From NCBI GenBank assembly GCA_963717365.1, contig OY970327.1:139599-203598 (forward strand): 64,000 bases of DNA. Direction: 5' to 3'. Source of the stretch: Candidatus Saccharimonadia bacterium (lineage in GTDB: Bacteria; Patescibacteriota; Saccharimonadia; Saccharimonadales; 2-12-FULL-41-12). The translations under genes and the position numbers were made by a program. Positions within the stretch are counted from its first letter, which is position 1; each line of letters starts with the position of its first letter. Below are positions 9,829 to 19,171 of the stretch, in pieces. The notes under the pieces were generated by a model that saw nothing but the letters and a program-made list of their open reading frames with translations, was not told the origin of the DNA and did no database searches.

Positions 9829-10093
9829 TAATGTGCCTGTAAGTGCTGACGGGAGTGCTAGCCGGAATCTCTAGAGTGGCTACACGATGTTGCGCAACTG
9901 AGAACCGTCAGTACTTATAGATACATTATCAAGATACTCCTCTTATTATATATCATCTGATGTTATTTGTCAAAGTACGCTACTGATGTTGTAGCTAGCT
10001 GTTATAATGTGGTTATGAATAAGAAGGATAAACCTATTCCTCCTGTAACAAAAAATGAATTCTTTAGAGTGTTGAAGAAAGTTAGTCGTAAAA

Positions 10094-10948
10094 CTAAGAA
10101 GTCTTAGCTACTCTATTCATCAGTGACCAAAACATAGATTGACTTTTACGGTGAGAATACCTAAATGCATATTCATCAGCGTAAGCTTGTAGGTATTTAG
10201 CGTCAACATGCCTGTAAACACCTTTAATTCCACGCTTCATATTTGACCAGAGGTTCTCAACGTTCTGTGTATGAATATCACCGTGTACGTACTCTCTGTA
10301 TGAATGACGGATTTTACCATGTGTGTAGCCATGTTCTGAAAGTTTGCGGTATGAGCGATGTTCATCACTGTAGATCGTAGATTTTTCTTTTACTCCTGCC
10401 CAAATTAGAGGAGTTAAGACTTTTTCTTTAGCACTTTCTACATGTCGTACTTTAGCCTTACCCTCACGCTGTACCATTCCAAAAACAACTTGGTTATTTC
10501 CTGCTTTAACAGTACTCCGCCTAGAAGTATCGCCACCTATATACATCTCATCGACCTCAACCTCACCGAAAAGGCTATCACTATCATCGCTCATCATAGA
10601 GCGTATCTGGTGAAACATTCTCCAAGCAGTCTTATAAGTAACTCCTAGTGTTCTCTCAAGCTGCTTAGCGCTAACACCCGAGCGTGTGGCCGACATAATG
10701 AATATTGCTTCAAACCACAGCGTGAGTGGCGTAGAGGACTTATGGAAGATTGTGCTAGCTGTAGGATGGACATGGTGACCGCATATTTCACAAGAATAGC
10801 TTTTGCGTGTCTTCATAGCGTGGTGCGGGGTTATTTTTTTACATTTAACACATTCTATTCCTTCGGGATATATATAGTTAACAAGCCACTCTAAACAAGC
10901 TTCATCACTAGGGAAGTCGGTTCCTAGGTCTTTAATCGTATACTTCAT
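10094..10948 (-). CDS. IS1595-family (ISXO2-like) transposase
   Basis: N-terminal zinc ribbon CVKCKK...CEICGH, then the DDE region with EVDEMYIGG, 284 aa. Terminal inverted repeats were not identified. Confidence 0.7.
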   Translation of the reverse strand: MKYTIKDLGTDFPSDEACLEWLVNYIYPEGIECVKCKKITPHHAMKTRKSYSCEICGHHVHPTASTIFHKSSTPLTLWFEAIFIMSATRSGVSAKQLERTLGVTYKTAWRMFHQIRSMMSDDSDSLFGEVEVDEMYIGGDTSRRSTVKAGNNQVVFGMVQREGKAKVRHVESAKEKVLTPLIWAGVKEKSTIYSDEHRSYRKLSEHGYTHGKIRHSYREYVHGDIHTQNVENLWSNMKRGIKGVYRHVDAKYLQAYADEYAFRYSHRKSQSMFWSLMNRVAKTS

Positions 10949-11077
10949 ATTTACAGTATATACCCCTGATTACCTACTGTCAAGGGATAATTGCCTAAAC
11001 AAACAATATAAATATATTGTAAAACAATAAATAGTGTGCTAATAATAAAATCAACAATAAATACGAAAGGCACCCAA

Positions 11078-11548
11078 ATGAAACACGGATCAACACTTAT
11101 CTTACGGGTAGCTGTTATGCTTTTGGGACTTATAGTGTTGGCTATGTGTATTTTTGGTTTGCCGCATTTGATCAGTTCAGAGTTAAAAGGGGATTTTGAT
11201 TATGGCCCTATATTCCTAGGTTTATATGTAACGGCGATACCGTTTTTCTTTGCTCTGCATCAAACACTTAAACTACTGAGCTATATCGACAACAATAAAG
11301 CCTTTTCTGAAGTTTCAATAAAAGCTCTAAAGCATATAAAATATTGCGCACTCCTAATTAGTGGCCTATTTACAACTGGCATGCCATATATATTTTACGT
11401 AGCGGATAGAGACGATGCCCCTGGCGCCGCAGCGATCGGGTTTGTTATTATTGGTACTTCTTTTGTAATTGCAACTTCTGCTGCTGTGCTGCAAAAGCTG
11501 GTACAACATGCTGTTGATATAAAATCAGAAAACGAATTAACGGTTTAA
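11078..11548 (+). CDS. DUF2975-like multi-TM membrane protein
   Basis: 4-TM profile and synteny with the following short YozG-type HTH gene. Confidence 0.45.
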   Translation: MKHGSTLILRVAVMLLGLIVLAMCIFGLPHLISSELKGDFDYGPIFLGLYVTAIPFFFALHQTLKLLSYIDNNKAFSEVSIKALKHIKYCALLISGLFTTGMPYIFYVADRDDAPGAAAIGFVIIGTSFVIATSAAVLQKLVQHAVDIKSENELTV

Positions 11549-11555
11549 AGTTACT

Positions 11556-11777
11556 ATGGCAATAATCATCAACATTGACGTGATGCTGGCCAAGCGCAAA
11601 ATGAGCGTCACGGAACTAACAGAAAAGATTGGCATAACTATGGCTAATCTTTCCATACTGAAAAATGGGAAGGCTAAAGCGGTGCGATTATCAACGCTAG
11701 AAGCAATCTGTAAGGCTTTAGATTGCCAGCCTGGAGATATTTTGGAATATAAAAATGATAAAGTTCCGCGAAATTAA
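11556..11777 (+). CDS. XRE/YozG-type helix-turn-helix transcriptional regulator
   Basis: MLAKRKMSVTELTEKIGITMANLSILKNGKAKAVRLSTLEAICKALDCQPGDIL. Confidence 0.75.
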   Translation: MAIIINIDVMLAKRKMSVTELTEKIGITMANLSILKNGKAKAVRLSTLEAICKALDCQPGDILEYKNDKVPRN

Positions 11778-11779
11778 TT

Positions 11780-13276
11780 ATGTTTAAAAAGTCAAAAACA
11801 GCTCCGATTGTATTAGTTTCAGTATTTTTGGGATTAGGATTCGACTGGCTATTTTACGGTAAATTACCGGGTGTTTCTGTTTTTATATACACTTCCTTGA
11901 TTCTTGGCTTTATGTTTTATTTTGCTTATCGGTTTAAACAATCTCTTAATAAATCCATATTTTGGCTGGTTCCGGTCATTTTATTCTTTTCATTGATGGT
12001 CTTTGTCAGGGCAAATCCATTTTTGGCTTTCATAAATATTGTCCTGATAATCTATTTACTGATGCTAGTCGCGCGCTTGGCATATCAACCCAGCACCAAG
12101 CTAAGTCGGTATGAGGTGACTCAATATCTCAGCCCGATTAGCGGAGTGCCGTTGAGTGTCTGTAAAAAATTTCTTCAGGTCATCCAAAGCGTCTTTCGCA
12201 GTCGCAGTAAAAGCCAATCAAAATCGTCCTACCTGCCAATTATCCGAGGACTTATTCTCAGCCTACCTGTCTTATTCATTTTTTTAATACTTTTATCTTC
12301 GGCCGATTTAGTCTTTAAGGAGTATTTGGGCTCGCTAATTAACTTAAGTGTTAACCCCGAAACAGTCTTTAGGTGGGGACTTATTGGCTTTGTGGCCAGT
12401 TTGTTCACTGGCGCCTACGCTTTGATTTTTATGCCACCTTCAGTCTCTAAAACCCCAGTAAAAAGCAGTAAAAAATTTGATCTAGGGACAACCGAGTCGT
12501 CGATTATTTTAGGGTCAGTAAGTGTGTTGTTTTTAGCTTTTGTGCTGGTGCAGCTTACCTATCTTTTTGGAGGTTCGCAGCAGTTAGAGTCCACCGACTT
12601 TACCTACGCGGAATATGCCCGCAAAGGCTTTTTTGAGCTGATAGCGGTAGCTACTATCTCATTATTACTTATATGGATCATCAAGAAATGTACAAACTTT
12701 AAAACCCTCACCCAGACTACGATATTTAAATTGTTAAGCGGAGTGCTTCTAGTAGAGGTTATGCTCATTATGTTATCAGCTCACCTGAGACTAAATTTGT
12801 ATGAAGACACCTATGGTTTCACCACACTCAGGCTCATGAGTCATCTTTTCATTATCTGGTTGTCGGTCGCGTTTGTTTTACTTCTAATAAATATAGTAAA
12901 GGAAAAAAACGAAAATCAGTTTGCACTCCATATATTTGTAAGTGTTATAAGCTTTTTTGCGCTGTTTAATCTTATAAATCCAGACGCCTTTATCGCACAG
13001 CAAAATATTAATCGTTTTAATGACTCAGGTAAGCTTGATATTCATTATCTACGTAACTTATCGGAAGACGCCACTCCTAACCTGTCTAAGCTGCTTGATC
13101 ACCCCGATAAAGAAATACAAAGAAGCACCGCAGGTATTTTGTATGAGCAAAAAGAATTCTCGACCAATCAGTCATCACATTGGCAATCAGTTAACCTGGG
13201 AAGACACCAAGCCAACCAAATATTTCGTGATAAGTGGACCCAAATTGAGACCGGCAAGTTGTACATAGAATACTAA
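11780..13276 (+). CDS. Large polytopic membrane protein (DUF4153/DUF4173-like)
   Basis: 498 aa with many TM segments, third gene of the DUF2975-HTH operon. Confidence 0.45.
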   Translation: MFKKSKTAPIVLVSVFLGLGFDWLFYGKLPGVSVFIYTSLILGFMFYFAYRFKQSLNKSIFWLVPVILFFSLMVFVRANPFLAFINIVLIIYLLMLVARLAYQPSTKLSRYEVTQYLSPISGVPLSVCKKFLQVIQSVFRSRSKSQSKSSYLPIIRGLILSLPVLFIFLILLSSADLVFKEYLGSLINLSVNPETVFRWGLIGFVASLFTGAYALIFMPPSVSKTPVKSSKKFDLGTTESSIILGSVSVLFLAFVLVQLTYLFGGSQQLESTDFTYAEYARKGFFELIAVATISLLLIWIIKKCTNFKTLTQTTIFKLLSGVLLVEVMLIMLSAHLRLNLYEDTYGFTTLRLMSHLFIIWLSVAFVLLLINIVKEKNENQFALHIFVSVISFFALFNLINPDAFIAQQNINRFNDSGKLDIHYLRNLSEDATPNLSKLLDHPDKEIQRSTAGILYEQKEFSTNQSSHWQSVNLGRHQANQIFRDKWTQIETGKLYIEY

Positions 13277-13372
13277 TGCAATAATCTCCACATGACTGAA
13301 AAACTACTATAAAACTGGTAGATGATTGGGCAATATTTATTACCCTTCGTCTCTATTTGGTATAGTTGAGAT

Positions 13373-13615
13373 ATGAATACTCCTGATCCAGATTACGTAC
13401 CCACGCGTGCCTACTTCCTCCTTGGAGTTAAGGTAATAGTCGTAAATACGGAAAATAAGATACTACTGCTTCAACGCTCAGACAAGATTAGCAGGCCTCA
13501 CGGCTGGGAACATGAAAGTTTCCGCTGGGTAACCATAGTTGAACTAAAAAAGGTTAAGTTGCCGTCTGAACATACTGCTATTCTTGAAGCCTATGAACGT
13601 ATAGTAAGGACCTAA
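13373..13615 (+). pseudogene. NUDIX hydrolase remnant lacking the Nudix box
   Basis: The N-terminal VIVVNTENKILLLQRSDK...GW is followed directly by a C-terminal-like segment. No GX5EX7REUXEEXGU motif is present. Confidence 0.4.
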
Positions 13616-13654
13616 GAGACATGCCTTTGGGTTCTTTTGTTATGATAGTGAGAC

Positions 13655-14524
13655 ATGCCGGATAAAATAAGCAATCTTAAAATCGCCCTACTGCAAATTT
13701 TGCCGCCGATAATTGGTGATGAAGCGCATTTTATTGCTAAAGGTGAAGAATATTGCCGCAAGGCCGCTGAAGCGGGTGCTGATATTGTGCTGTTCCCGGA
13801 ACTTTGGAATATCGGGTATGAATTTCCAGCCGAAAAATCTAGAGATGCTATTAAGGTCTGGAATGATCGGGCCGTTACAAAAGATAGTAGTTTTGTTGCG
13901 GCATTCGCTGATCTTGCAAAAGAACTTGAAGTTGCAATCGCAATCACATATCTAGAAGACTTTGAGACAGGTCATCGACCGCGCAACTCTGTTACGATGT
14001 TTGATAGACATGGTATTGAGCGTTTGCACTATTCCAAGGTGCATATCTGTGATTTTACTGATGAAATTTTAACAGAACCTGGCGATACGTTTTCTGTTGG
14101 TACGTTGTCAACAAAGCATGGAGATATTGATATTGGCTTAATGATTTGTTTTGATAGAGAAATGCCCGAGAGTGCCCGAATTCTTGCGCTTAAGGGTGCC
14201 GAAATAGTATTAACGCCAAATGCTAGCAACTTGACCAAGCCTGCCACTGAGCAGTTCTCTACACGGGCGTTTGAAAATATGATGGGAGTCGCAATGGCTA
14301 ATTATCCAGCGCCAAAAAATAATGGCCGATCAATTGCCTTTAGCCCTATTGTCTTAGCTGAAGATAATTCCTCCCTTGATAACTGCCTAGTTGAAGCGGA
14401 TGACTCTGAAGGCGTGTTTATGTGTGAACTTGACTTGGACGCAATACGCACTTGGCGTAAAAAGATGATTTGGGGCAATAAATATCGTAAAGTATATACA
14501 TATGGCGAACTAACAAAGGATTAA
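13655..14524 (+). CDS. Carbon-nitrogen hydrolase (nitrilase superfamily)
   Basis: LFPELW, and the catalytic Cys context GLMICFDREMPE. Confidence 0.75.
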   Translation: MPDKISNLKIALLQILPPIIGDEAHFIAKGEEYCRKAAEAGADIVLFPELWNIGYEFPAEKSRDAIKVWNDRAVTKDSSFVAAFADLAKELEVAIAITYLEDFETGHRPRNSVTMFDRHGIERLHYSKVHICDFTDEILTEPGDTFSVGTLSTKHGDIDIGLMICFDREMPESARILALKGAEIVLTPNASNLTKPATEQFSTRAFENMMGVAMANYPAPKNNGRSIAFSPIVLAEDNSSLDNCLVEADDSEGVFMCELDLDAIRTWRKKMIWGNKYRKVYTYGELTKD

Positions 14525-14536
14525 ATAGTAAAACCT

Positions 14537-15121
14537 ATGAATGAAGCCACCATGCCAAAACAAGAATTTGATAAAAATCTAGTTACCATCGAACGGGCAG
14601 TACCGGCAGACGCCGAAACAATCTGCGATATTCGAGACAGAGCTTGGGTTGAAACTTATCCAAATGTTGAACTTGGTATTACAGCCGAAGACATTAAGTT
14701 GAACGCCCAGGGCCGCGACGGTGTGTTTGTCCCAAATAGAGTCGCTTACCTTAAGGAACAGTTAACAAAAGATGACGGCACAGGACTAACTACTTTTGTT
14801 GCAATATTAGACGACGAGACAATAGGTTATATTGAGCCAAAGATTGACGACGATAATCGACGTTGGATCAGTGCGCTCTACCTGTCACCGGACTGGCAGG
14901 GCATGGGCGTTGGTGGTAAGCTCATGAACTGTGCTTTAGACCAATTAGGTCGTGACCACGATATTTTTCTTGAAGTAGTCAGTTATAACCAAAACGCCAT
15001 AGATTTCTACAAACATTTTGGTTTTGAAAAAACTGATGCGGTTGTTCCGATTGACGACGATGCCCCAGATTACTTTAAGCATTTGCCACAAGTAGAAATG
15101 GTACTTAGGGCGCAAGAGTAA
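14537..15121 (+). CDS. GNAT family N-acetyltransferase
   Basis: YLSPDWQGMGVGGKLM acetyl-CoA binding motif. Confidence 0.7.
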   Translation: MNEATMPKQEFDKNLVTIERAVPADAETICDIRDRAWVETYPNVELGITAEDIKLNAQGRDGVFVPNRVAYLKEQLTKDDGTGLTTFVAILDDETIGYIEPKIDDDNRRWISALYLSPDWQGMGVGGKLMNCALDQLGRDHDIFLEVVSYNQNAIDFYKHFGFEKTDAVVPIDDDAPDYFKHLPQVEMVLRAQE

Positions 15122-15234
15122 AACAATAAAATTAATTAAGGTTTTCCGATTATCTTGTGGTGTTATGTAAAATCTATTTCCTATAATTGTGTCTGTTTTA
15201 GCTTTATGCTGGTTGTGTAACAAAAGGAGCCATC

Positions 15235-15567
15235 ATGGCACAAGGACACAATCCATAAGTATCAGTCGCACCAATTTCCCCAGAAGAAGTAACAAAGCTG
15301 CAAAAGGAATTACTACCAACTGAAGTCATAGAGACTTTCAATAGATTTATAGGCGAGACTGCCCTGAATGGCTACGCCGTAATACGGCAGGATGATGTAG
15401 TAAAAGAATTGGTCAAAAAAGGATTAAATCGGGGTGAAATTTATAAGAAGGGCTGGCTGAATATTGAAGAATTGTACATAGAAGCCGGCTGGAACGTAGA
15501 GTATGACAAGCCGGGCTATAACGAAACTTACCCCGCTACCTTCACCTTTAAAGCTCCTAGAAAATAG
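15235..15567 (+). pseudogene. Gene interrupted by an in-frame TAA at codon 8
   Basis: aaggag RBS, ATG at 15235, TAA at 15256-15258, then about 102 open codons in the same frame to TAG at 15565-15567. Confidence 0.5.
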
Positions 15568-15810
15568 CAAATGGAAATATATTGTATCCAATTTCTTACT
15601 TACAATAACAGTTAAGTCTGACTTACACTTTTACTCTGTTATATACTTGCAATATTATCCAATTTATGCTATCCTATATACTGCTTTGTAGCTTTTGCTT
15701 CAAATGCAACTTAAAAAGTAGGTAATCCAAGTTTTTTGCGCACTGATACCCGCGTACAACCCCCAACTTCGTAGTGCTCGCGCACCCAACGGCAACGTTA
15801 GGAGAAAGTG

Positions 15811-16368
15811 ATGGACGTACCGGAAGTACCGAAGTGGACGAAACGGCTGGCAGTCAAGATCGCCAAGTTCTTCATCCATATGACCATGAAGGTCAAGTGG
15901 CTGATCCTGGCGCTCTTTGTGACTCGCTTCGCCGCGGTCGTCATCTACCAGCCCATCGAGGACTGGAGCATGATCGACGCCTGGTGGTGGACGGAGGCTG
16001 CTTCGCAGACCATCGGCTACGGCGACGAAGCTCCTGCAACTGACCTCGGTCGCTTGCTGGCTGCTCCGTTCCACTACTTCTGGGTGTACTACACCGCACC
16101 GGCTCTGGTAGCCCACGTGGTGGCATACGTCTGGAAGAACAAGAACGAGTTCACCCATAACGAACAGGAGTGGTTGTTCAACACGATTGGCCGCATCTTC
16201 GAGTGGGTCCGCTGGCTGGTTCACGCCGTCCAGAAGATCGCCGAAGAGCGTGGCATCGTGCTTGACCCGCCGCCCAACGTCACGTCGGATGGCAGTCTCG
16301 AGACTCTCGCAGACCAAGCGCCCGACACTGACGACGGCAACCTCAACTTGCCGTATCCCGCCAAGTAG
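15811..16368 (+). CDS. Small potassium-channel protein (2-TM pore type), GC-rich block A
   Basis: Selectivity filter TIGYGD in WWWTEAASQTIGYGDEAP flanked by hydrophobic helices. aggaga RBS 5 nt before the ATG. Confidence 0.7.
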   Translation: MDVPEVPKWTKRLAVKIAKFFIHMTMKVKWLILALFVTRFAAVVIYQPIEDWSMIDAWWWTEAASQTIGYGDEAPATDLGRLLAAPFHYFWVYYTAPALVAHVVAYVWKNKNEFTHNEQEWLFNTIGRIFEWVRWLVHAVQKIAEERGIVLDPPPNVTSDGSLETLADQAPDTDDGNLNLPYPAK

Positions 16369-16426
16369 TTCCCCTCTCGTAACCACACCATCTACCCGGT
16401 TCATCTGAACCAGGAGGAGCACAAAC

Positions 16427-16768
16427 ATGCGTAAGTTCGGCATTTTCCTCGGCATCATCGTCATCCTGGCCATCATCGCCGCCATCGCTCTCGCCGCCAT
16501 GTCCAGTGGCATCAAGGGCACCGTCGTGGGCAAGACGTCCTCCAAGGGCACCGCCGTCTACAAGCAGAAGTGCAACAAGATGAAGGTCACGACGACCAAG
16601 AACGGCAAGAGGTCGACCAAGACCAAGAAGGTTTGCGGACCCAAGTCCTTCGCCGGCTACAAGACGAACTACCGGCTCCGCGTCAAGAACAAGAGCAAGG
16701 TCTCTACCGTCTCGGTCAGCCGCAGCACGTTCAACAAGAACCGCGTCGGGAGGAAGTACAAGAAGTAG
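16427..16768 (+). CDS. Small N-terminally membrane-anchored, Lys-rich protein, block A
   Basis: aggagg RBS, N-terminal TM segment, K-rich tail, G/C-ending codons. Confidence 0.5.
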   Translation: MRKFGIFLGIIVILAIIAAIALAAMSSGIKGTVVGKTSSKGTAVYKQKCNKMKVTTTKNGKRSTKTKKVCGPKSFAGYKTNYRLRVKNKSKVSTVSVSRSTFNKNRVGRKYKK

Positions 16769-16935
16769 CAACGCAGCAAGCTGGATCGCCAACTAAGTAG
16801 TCCTGACACAATCGGTGTCGGGCCGGCAGAGTGTCACAACATGAGCCCACGGACTCAAAGACACTCTGCCGAGGCAGGACTTTGTTAATTTGTTGATCCC
16901 CTGGATCCAAACCCAACTTACAAATTCCTGCCGCA

Positions 16936-16990
16936 TTTACCTACATAAATGTGTATTTATGCTGATGAGTCCAAAAGGACGAAAGGTAAA
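16936..16990 (+). ncRNA. Type III hammerhead ribozyme HHR1
   Basis: UUUACC-UA|CAUAAAU-GUGU-AUUUAUG-CUGAUGA-GUCC-AAAA-GGAC-GAA-A-GGUAAA. Predicted cleavage after 16943. Confidence 0.85.
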
Positions 16991-17028
16991 ATTACCAACA
17001 GAGTGTTCAATAAGGGGTTTATTTTTAT

Positions 17029-17080
17029 ACACTTTCGCCGTTTACGGCTCATCAGCATAGCTATAGTATCTATGGAGTGT
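17029..17080 (-). ncRNA. Type III hammerhead ribozyme HHR2 (divergent stems)
   Basis: Minus strand: ACAC-UC|CAUAGAUACUAUAGCUAUG-CUGAUGA-GCCG-UAAA-CGGC-GAA-A-GUGU. Stem I has one internal mismatch. Confidence 0.75.
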
Positions 17081-17260
17081 TGTACGGAAGAGCTGCATGT
17101 GTTTTTGTTGGTGGGTCGCTGGAATGCGATCCAAACACATGAGCCCTTCCGCAGGAGTTGATGGCTAACCTCCGAGCCAGTGTGATTTGTCTACTTCTCA
17201 GTAGAGAAGGACCTACTCACACGGTAGAATTTGTTGTACGTTATCCCGACTCAGACTGGA

Positions 17261-18340
17261 TCAGTCGAGGATGCGCGCTGCGTACAGGCCAGCCGGGACA
17301 TCCGGGTCATCCGCGTCGGGGACGAGCAGGACATCGATGCATCCCAGCGTGTGGTTGTACCGCGCGTCGACACCTTCGAGCTTGATGGACTGATCCTCAA
17401 GCGGTAGAAGCTTCACGAGGTTGCCCTCAGCGTCGATGACACCAACGATGCTGCCGGCGATCTGGCCCTTGATGGGTTCGAAATTCGCTTCGGCAGCTCC
17501 GGTGATGACCATGCGACCCTTGGGGTCCTCGTGCACCGAGTCGACATCGGTGAAATCCAGTTTCACCAAGTGACCTTCGTAGTCGGCGGAGCCGAGGTCG
17601 TACTGGCCGAGTTCTTCGAGCTCCAGCTGATCGATCTTGAGATCGGTGCAGAGACTCCACAGGAACTTGTCCAATGCGAGTCGGATCAGCATGTTCGGGG
17701 CAGGTGCACCGTCCTGGTCGAAGCTGTTGCCGCGCTGGGCGAGAACAAGCTGCGAGCCATGCACGGTGACTCCTTCGATGTTCAGCTCGCCGATGACGAT
17801 GTGCTCATCGAGGAACGTGTGCAGGCCTTCGAACGAGATCTTGGCGGGCAGGCCCCTGATGAGTCCGTTCTCGCCGAGCGAGTAGACCACACCAATCGAC
17901 CGGCGGACACCGCCCCAACTCATGCCACCCGATCCGACGATCAGGAGAAGGCCGTTCGGGAAACGTCTGGTCATCTCCATGCGAAGATTGCCATCGCTGA
18001 GGCGATTGATGTCGTCTCGCGTGATGATGGTCAGGGCCTCAAAATCGGCCTTGGCTTCGCTGCGTTCCCGGCCGCCAAGCGGCAGCACTTCGGGGATGAT
18101 GCGCTGCGCCGTGCCTGGCGACAGGATGTCGCGGTCTTCGCCGAGTCGCAATGCCTCTTGGACCTCTGTCCAGGCAATTGAAAACTCGGCCACCGCTGCC
18201 TGATCGTCACCGACCGAACGCAGAAGGCCCGATCGCGGCGACCATGCCACACCCGAGGCGGCTGACAGAAACGGCGGTTCGCCCGGATCCGGGTTAAGGA
18301 TGCGGTGCGTACCGAGTTGGATGAGTTTCAGCGATTGCAA
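17261..18340 (-). CDS. Hypothetical 359-aa protein, GC-rich block B
   Basis: TTG start preceded by aaggag-cacagc. G/C-ending codons. No family recognised. Confidence 0.6.
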   Translation of the reverse strand: MQSLKLIQLGTHRILNPDPGEPPFLSAASGVAWSPRSGLLRSVGDDQAAVAEFSIAWTEVQEALRLGEDRDILSPGTAQRIIPEVLPLGGRERSEAKADFEALTIITRDDINRLSDGNLRMEMTRRFPNGLLLIVGSGGMSWGGVRRSIGVVYSLGENGLIRGLPAKISFEGLHTFLDEHIVIGELNIEGVTVHGSQLVLAQRGNSFDQDGAPAPNMLIRLALDKFLWSLCTDLKIDQLELEELGQYDLGSADYEGHLVKLDFTDVDSVHEDPKGRMVITGAAEANFEPIKGQIAGSIVGVIDAEGNLVKLLPLEDQSIKLEGVDARYNHTLGCIDVLLVPDADDPDVPAGLYAARILD

Positions 18341-18403
18341 GCTGTGCTCCTTGATTGAGCGGGATAGGTACAGGAACTCTGCTTAGTGCAGCTCCATGAG
18401 AAA

Positions 18404-18432
18404 ATTATATAATTAAAGTGACTAAATATCAA
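18404..18432 (-). promoter_or_regulatory. Sigma70-like promoter facing block B
   Basis: Minus strand TTGATA, 17-nt spacer, TATAAT. Confidence 0.45.
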
Positions 18433-18469
18433 TGATGTAGTATTTATAAAAATATGGTATAATAATTTA

Positions 18470-19144
18470 ATGCACAGTAATCTTGAACATCTGCGTGTTC
18501 GCCATAGTACACCAGTCGGCGATGAATTATTGGCAAATAACGAAGTCCTGCAAACAGCAATGGGCTTATTTGCTGCCGCGCAGGAGCCGCATAAGGCCCA
18601 TGTTCCGGGCTCAAGGTTGTTAGGAGCAGGCGAGTTTGGTTTTACTTTTGAGATTGGTGGTATAGCCGTAAAAATAAGCAGCCCTACTTCTAGTCAGAAG
18701 TCTTTTGATCTAGGAAGACCACTTCCTCCAGAAGACTTACGTAAACAATTCCTAACCTTAGCCGCATTAAGAGAACACCTGCAAGGCAAAGAAGAGGGTA
18801 TTGTGACACCTGAACAATACTTTGTAGCAACAACACCATATAAAGCGTTCATACTTGCCCAGGAGTATATGAATGGCTGGGTATCGTATGAAGATCGTAC
18901 TTCTCAGGTATTTGGACCTGCTGTAGAGACAAACGCTACCGACAGGCAAGAAATCGCCCAAGTCTCAGCTGGCATACGTCAACGAATTTTCCGTGCCCTT
19001 GGTGGTTTTGCTTTAATTAATAACATAAATGATCTTGCCTTACATAAAGAATCAGGCGTTCACGGCGGCAACCTGTTAGTACCTGAAACAGCTAATTTCG
19101 ATACGAATATGCCGCTTTGCATAATTGATCAACCGGCACCCTAA
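18470..19144 (+). CDS. Protein-kinase-like protein (possibly a pseudokinase), low GC
   Basis: Gly-loop plus Lys LLGAGEFGFTFEIGGIAVKI and hinge EYMNG. The catalytic loop reads HGGNLLV, lacking the usual Asp. Confidence 0.45.
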   Translation: MHSNLEHLRVRHSTPVGDELLANNEVLQTAMGLFAAAQEPHKAHVPGSRLLGAGEFGFTFEIGGIAVKISSPTSSQKSFDLGRPLPPEDLRKQFLTLAALREHLQGKEEGIVTPEQYFVATTPYKAFILAQEYMNGWVSYEDRTSQVFGPAVETNATDRQEIAQVSAGIRQRIFRALGGFALINNINDLALHKESGVHGGNLLVPETANFDTNMPLCIIDQPAP

Positions 19145-19171
19145 AAAATAAATATAGTCTATAAAATACTA

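Noticed and set aside
15700-16792. Long minus-strand ORFs 15700-16551 (283 aa) and 16343-16792 (149 aa), plus other overlapping ORFs in block A
   Set aside because: They are Arg/Val/Leu/Asp-rich low-information translations antisense to ORFs that have real motifs (TIGYGD) and Shine-Dalgarno sequences. These are typical shadow ORFs of GC-rich DNA.
17427-18252. Plus-strand and alternative-frame ORFs inside block B (for example 17531-18181, 216 aa)
   Set aside because: These are shadow ORFs antisense to the 359-aa gene, which has a proper aaggag RBS. No motifs were found.
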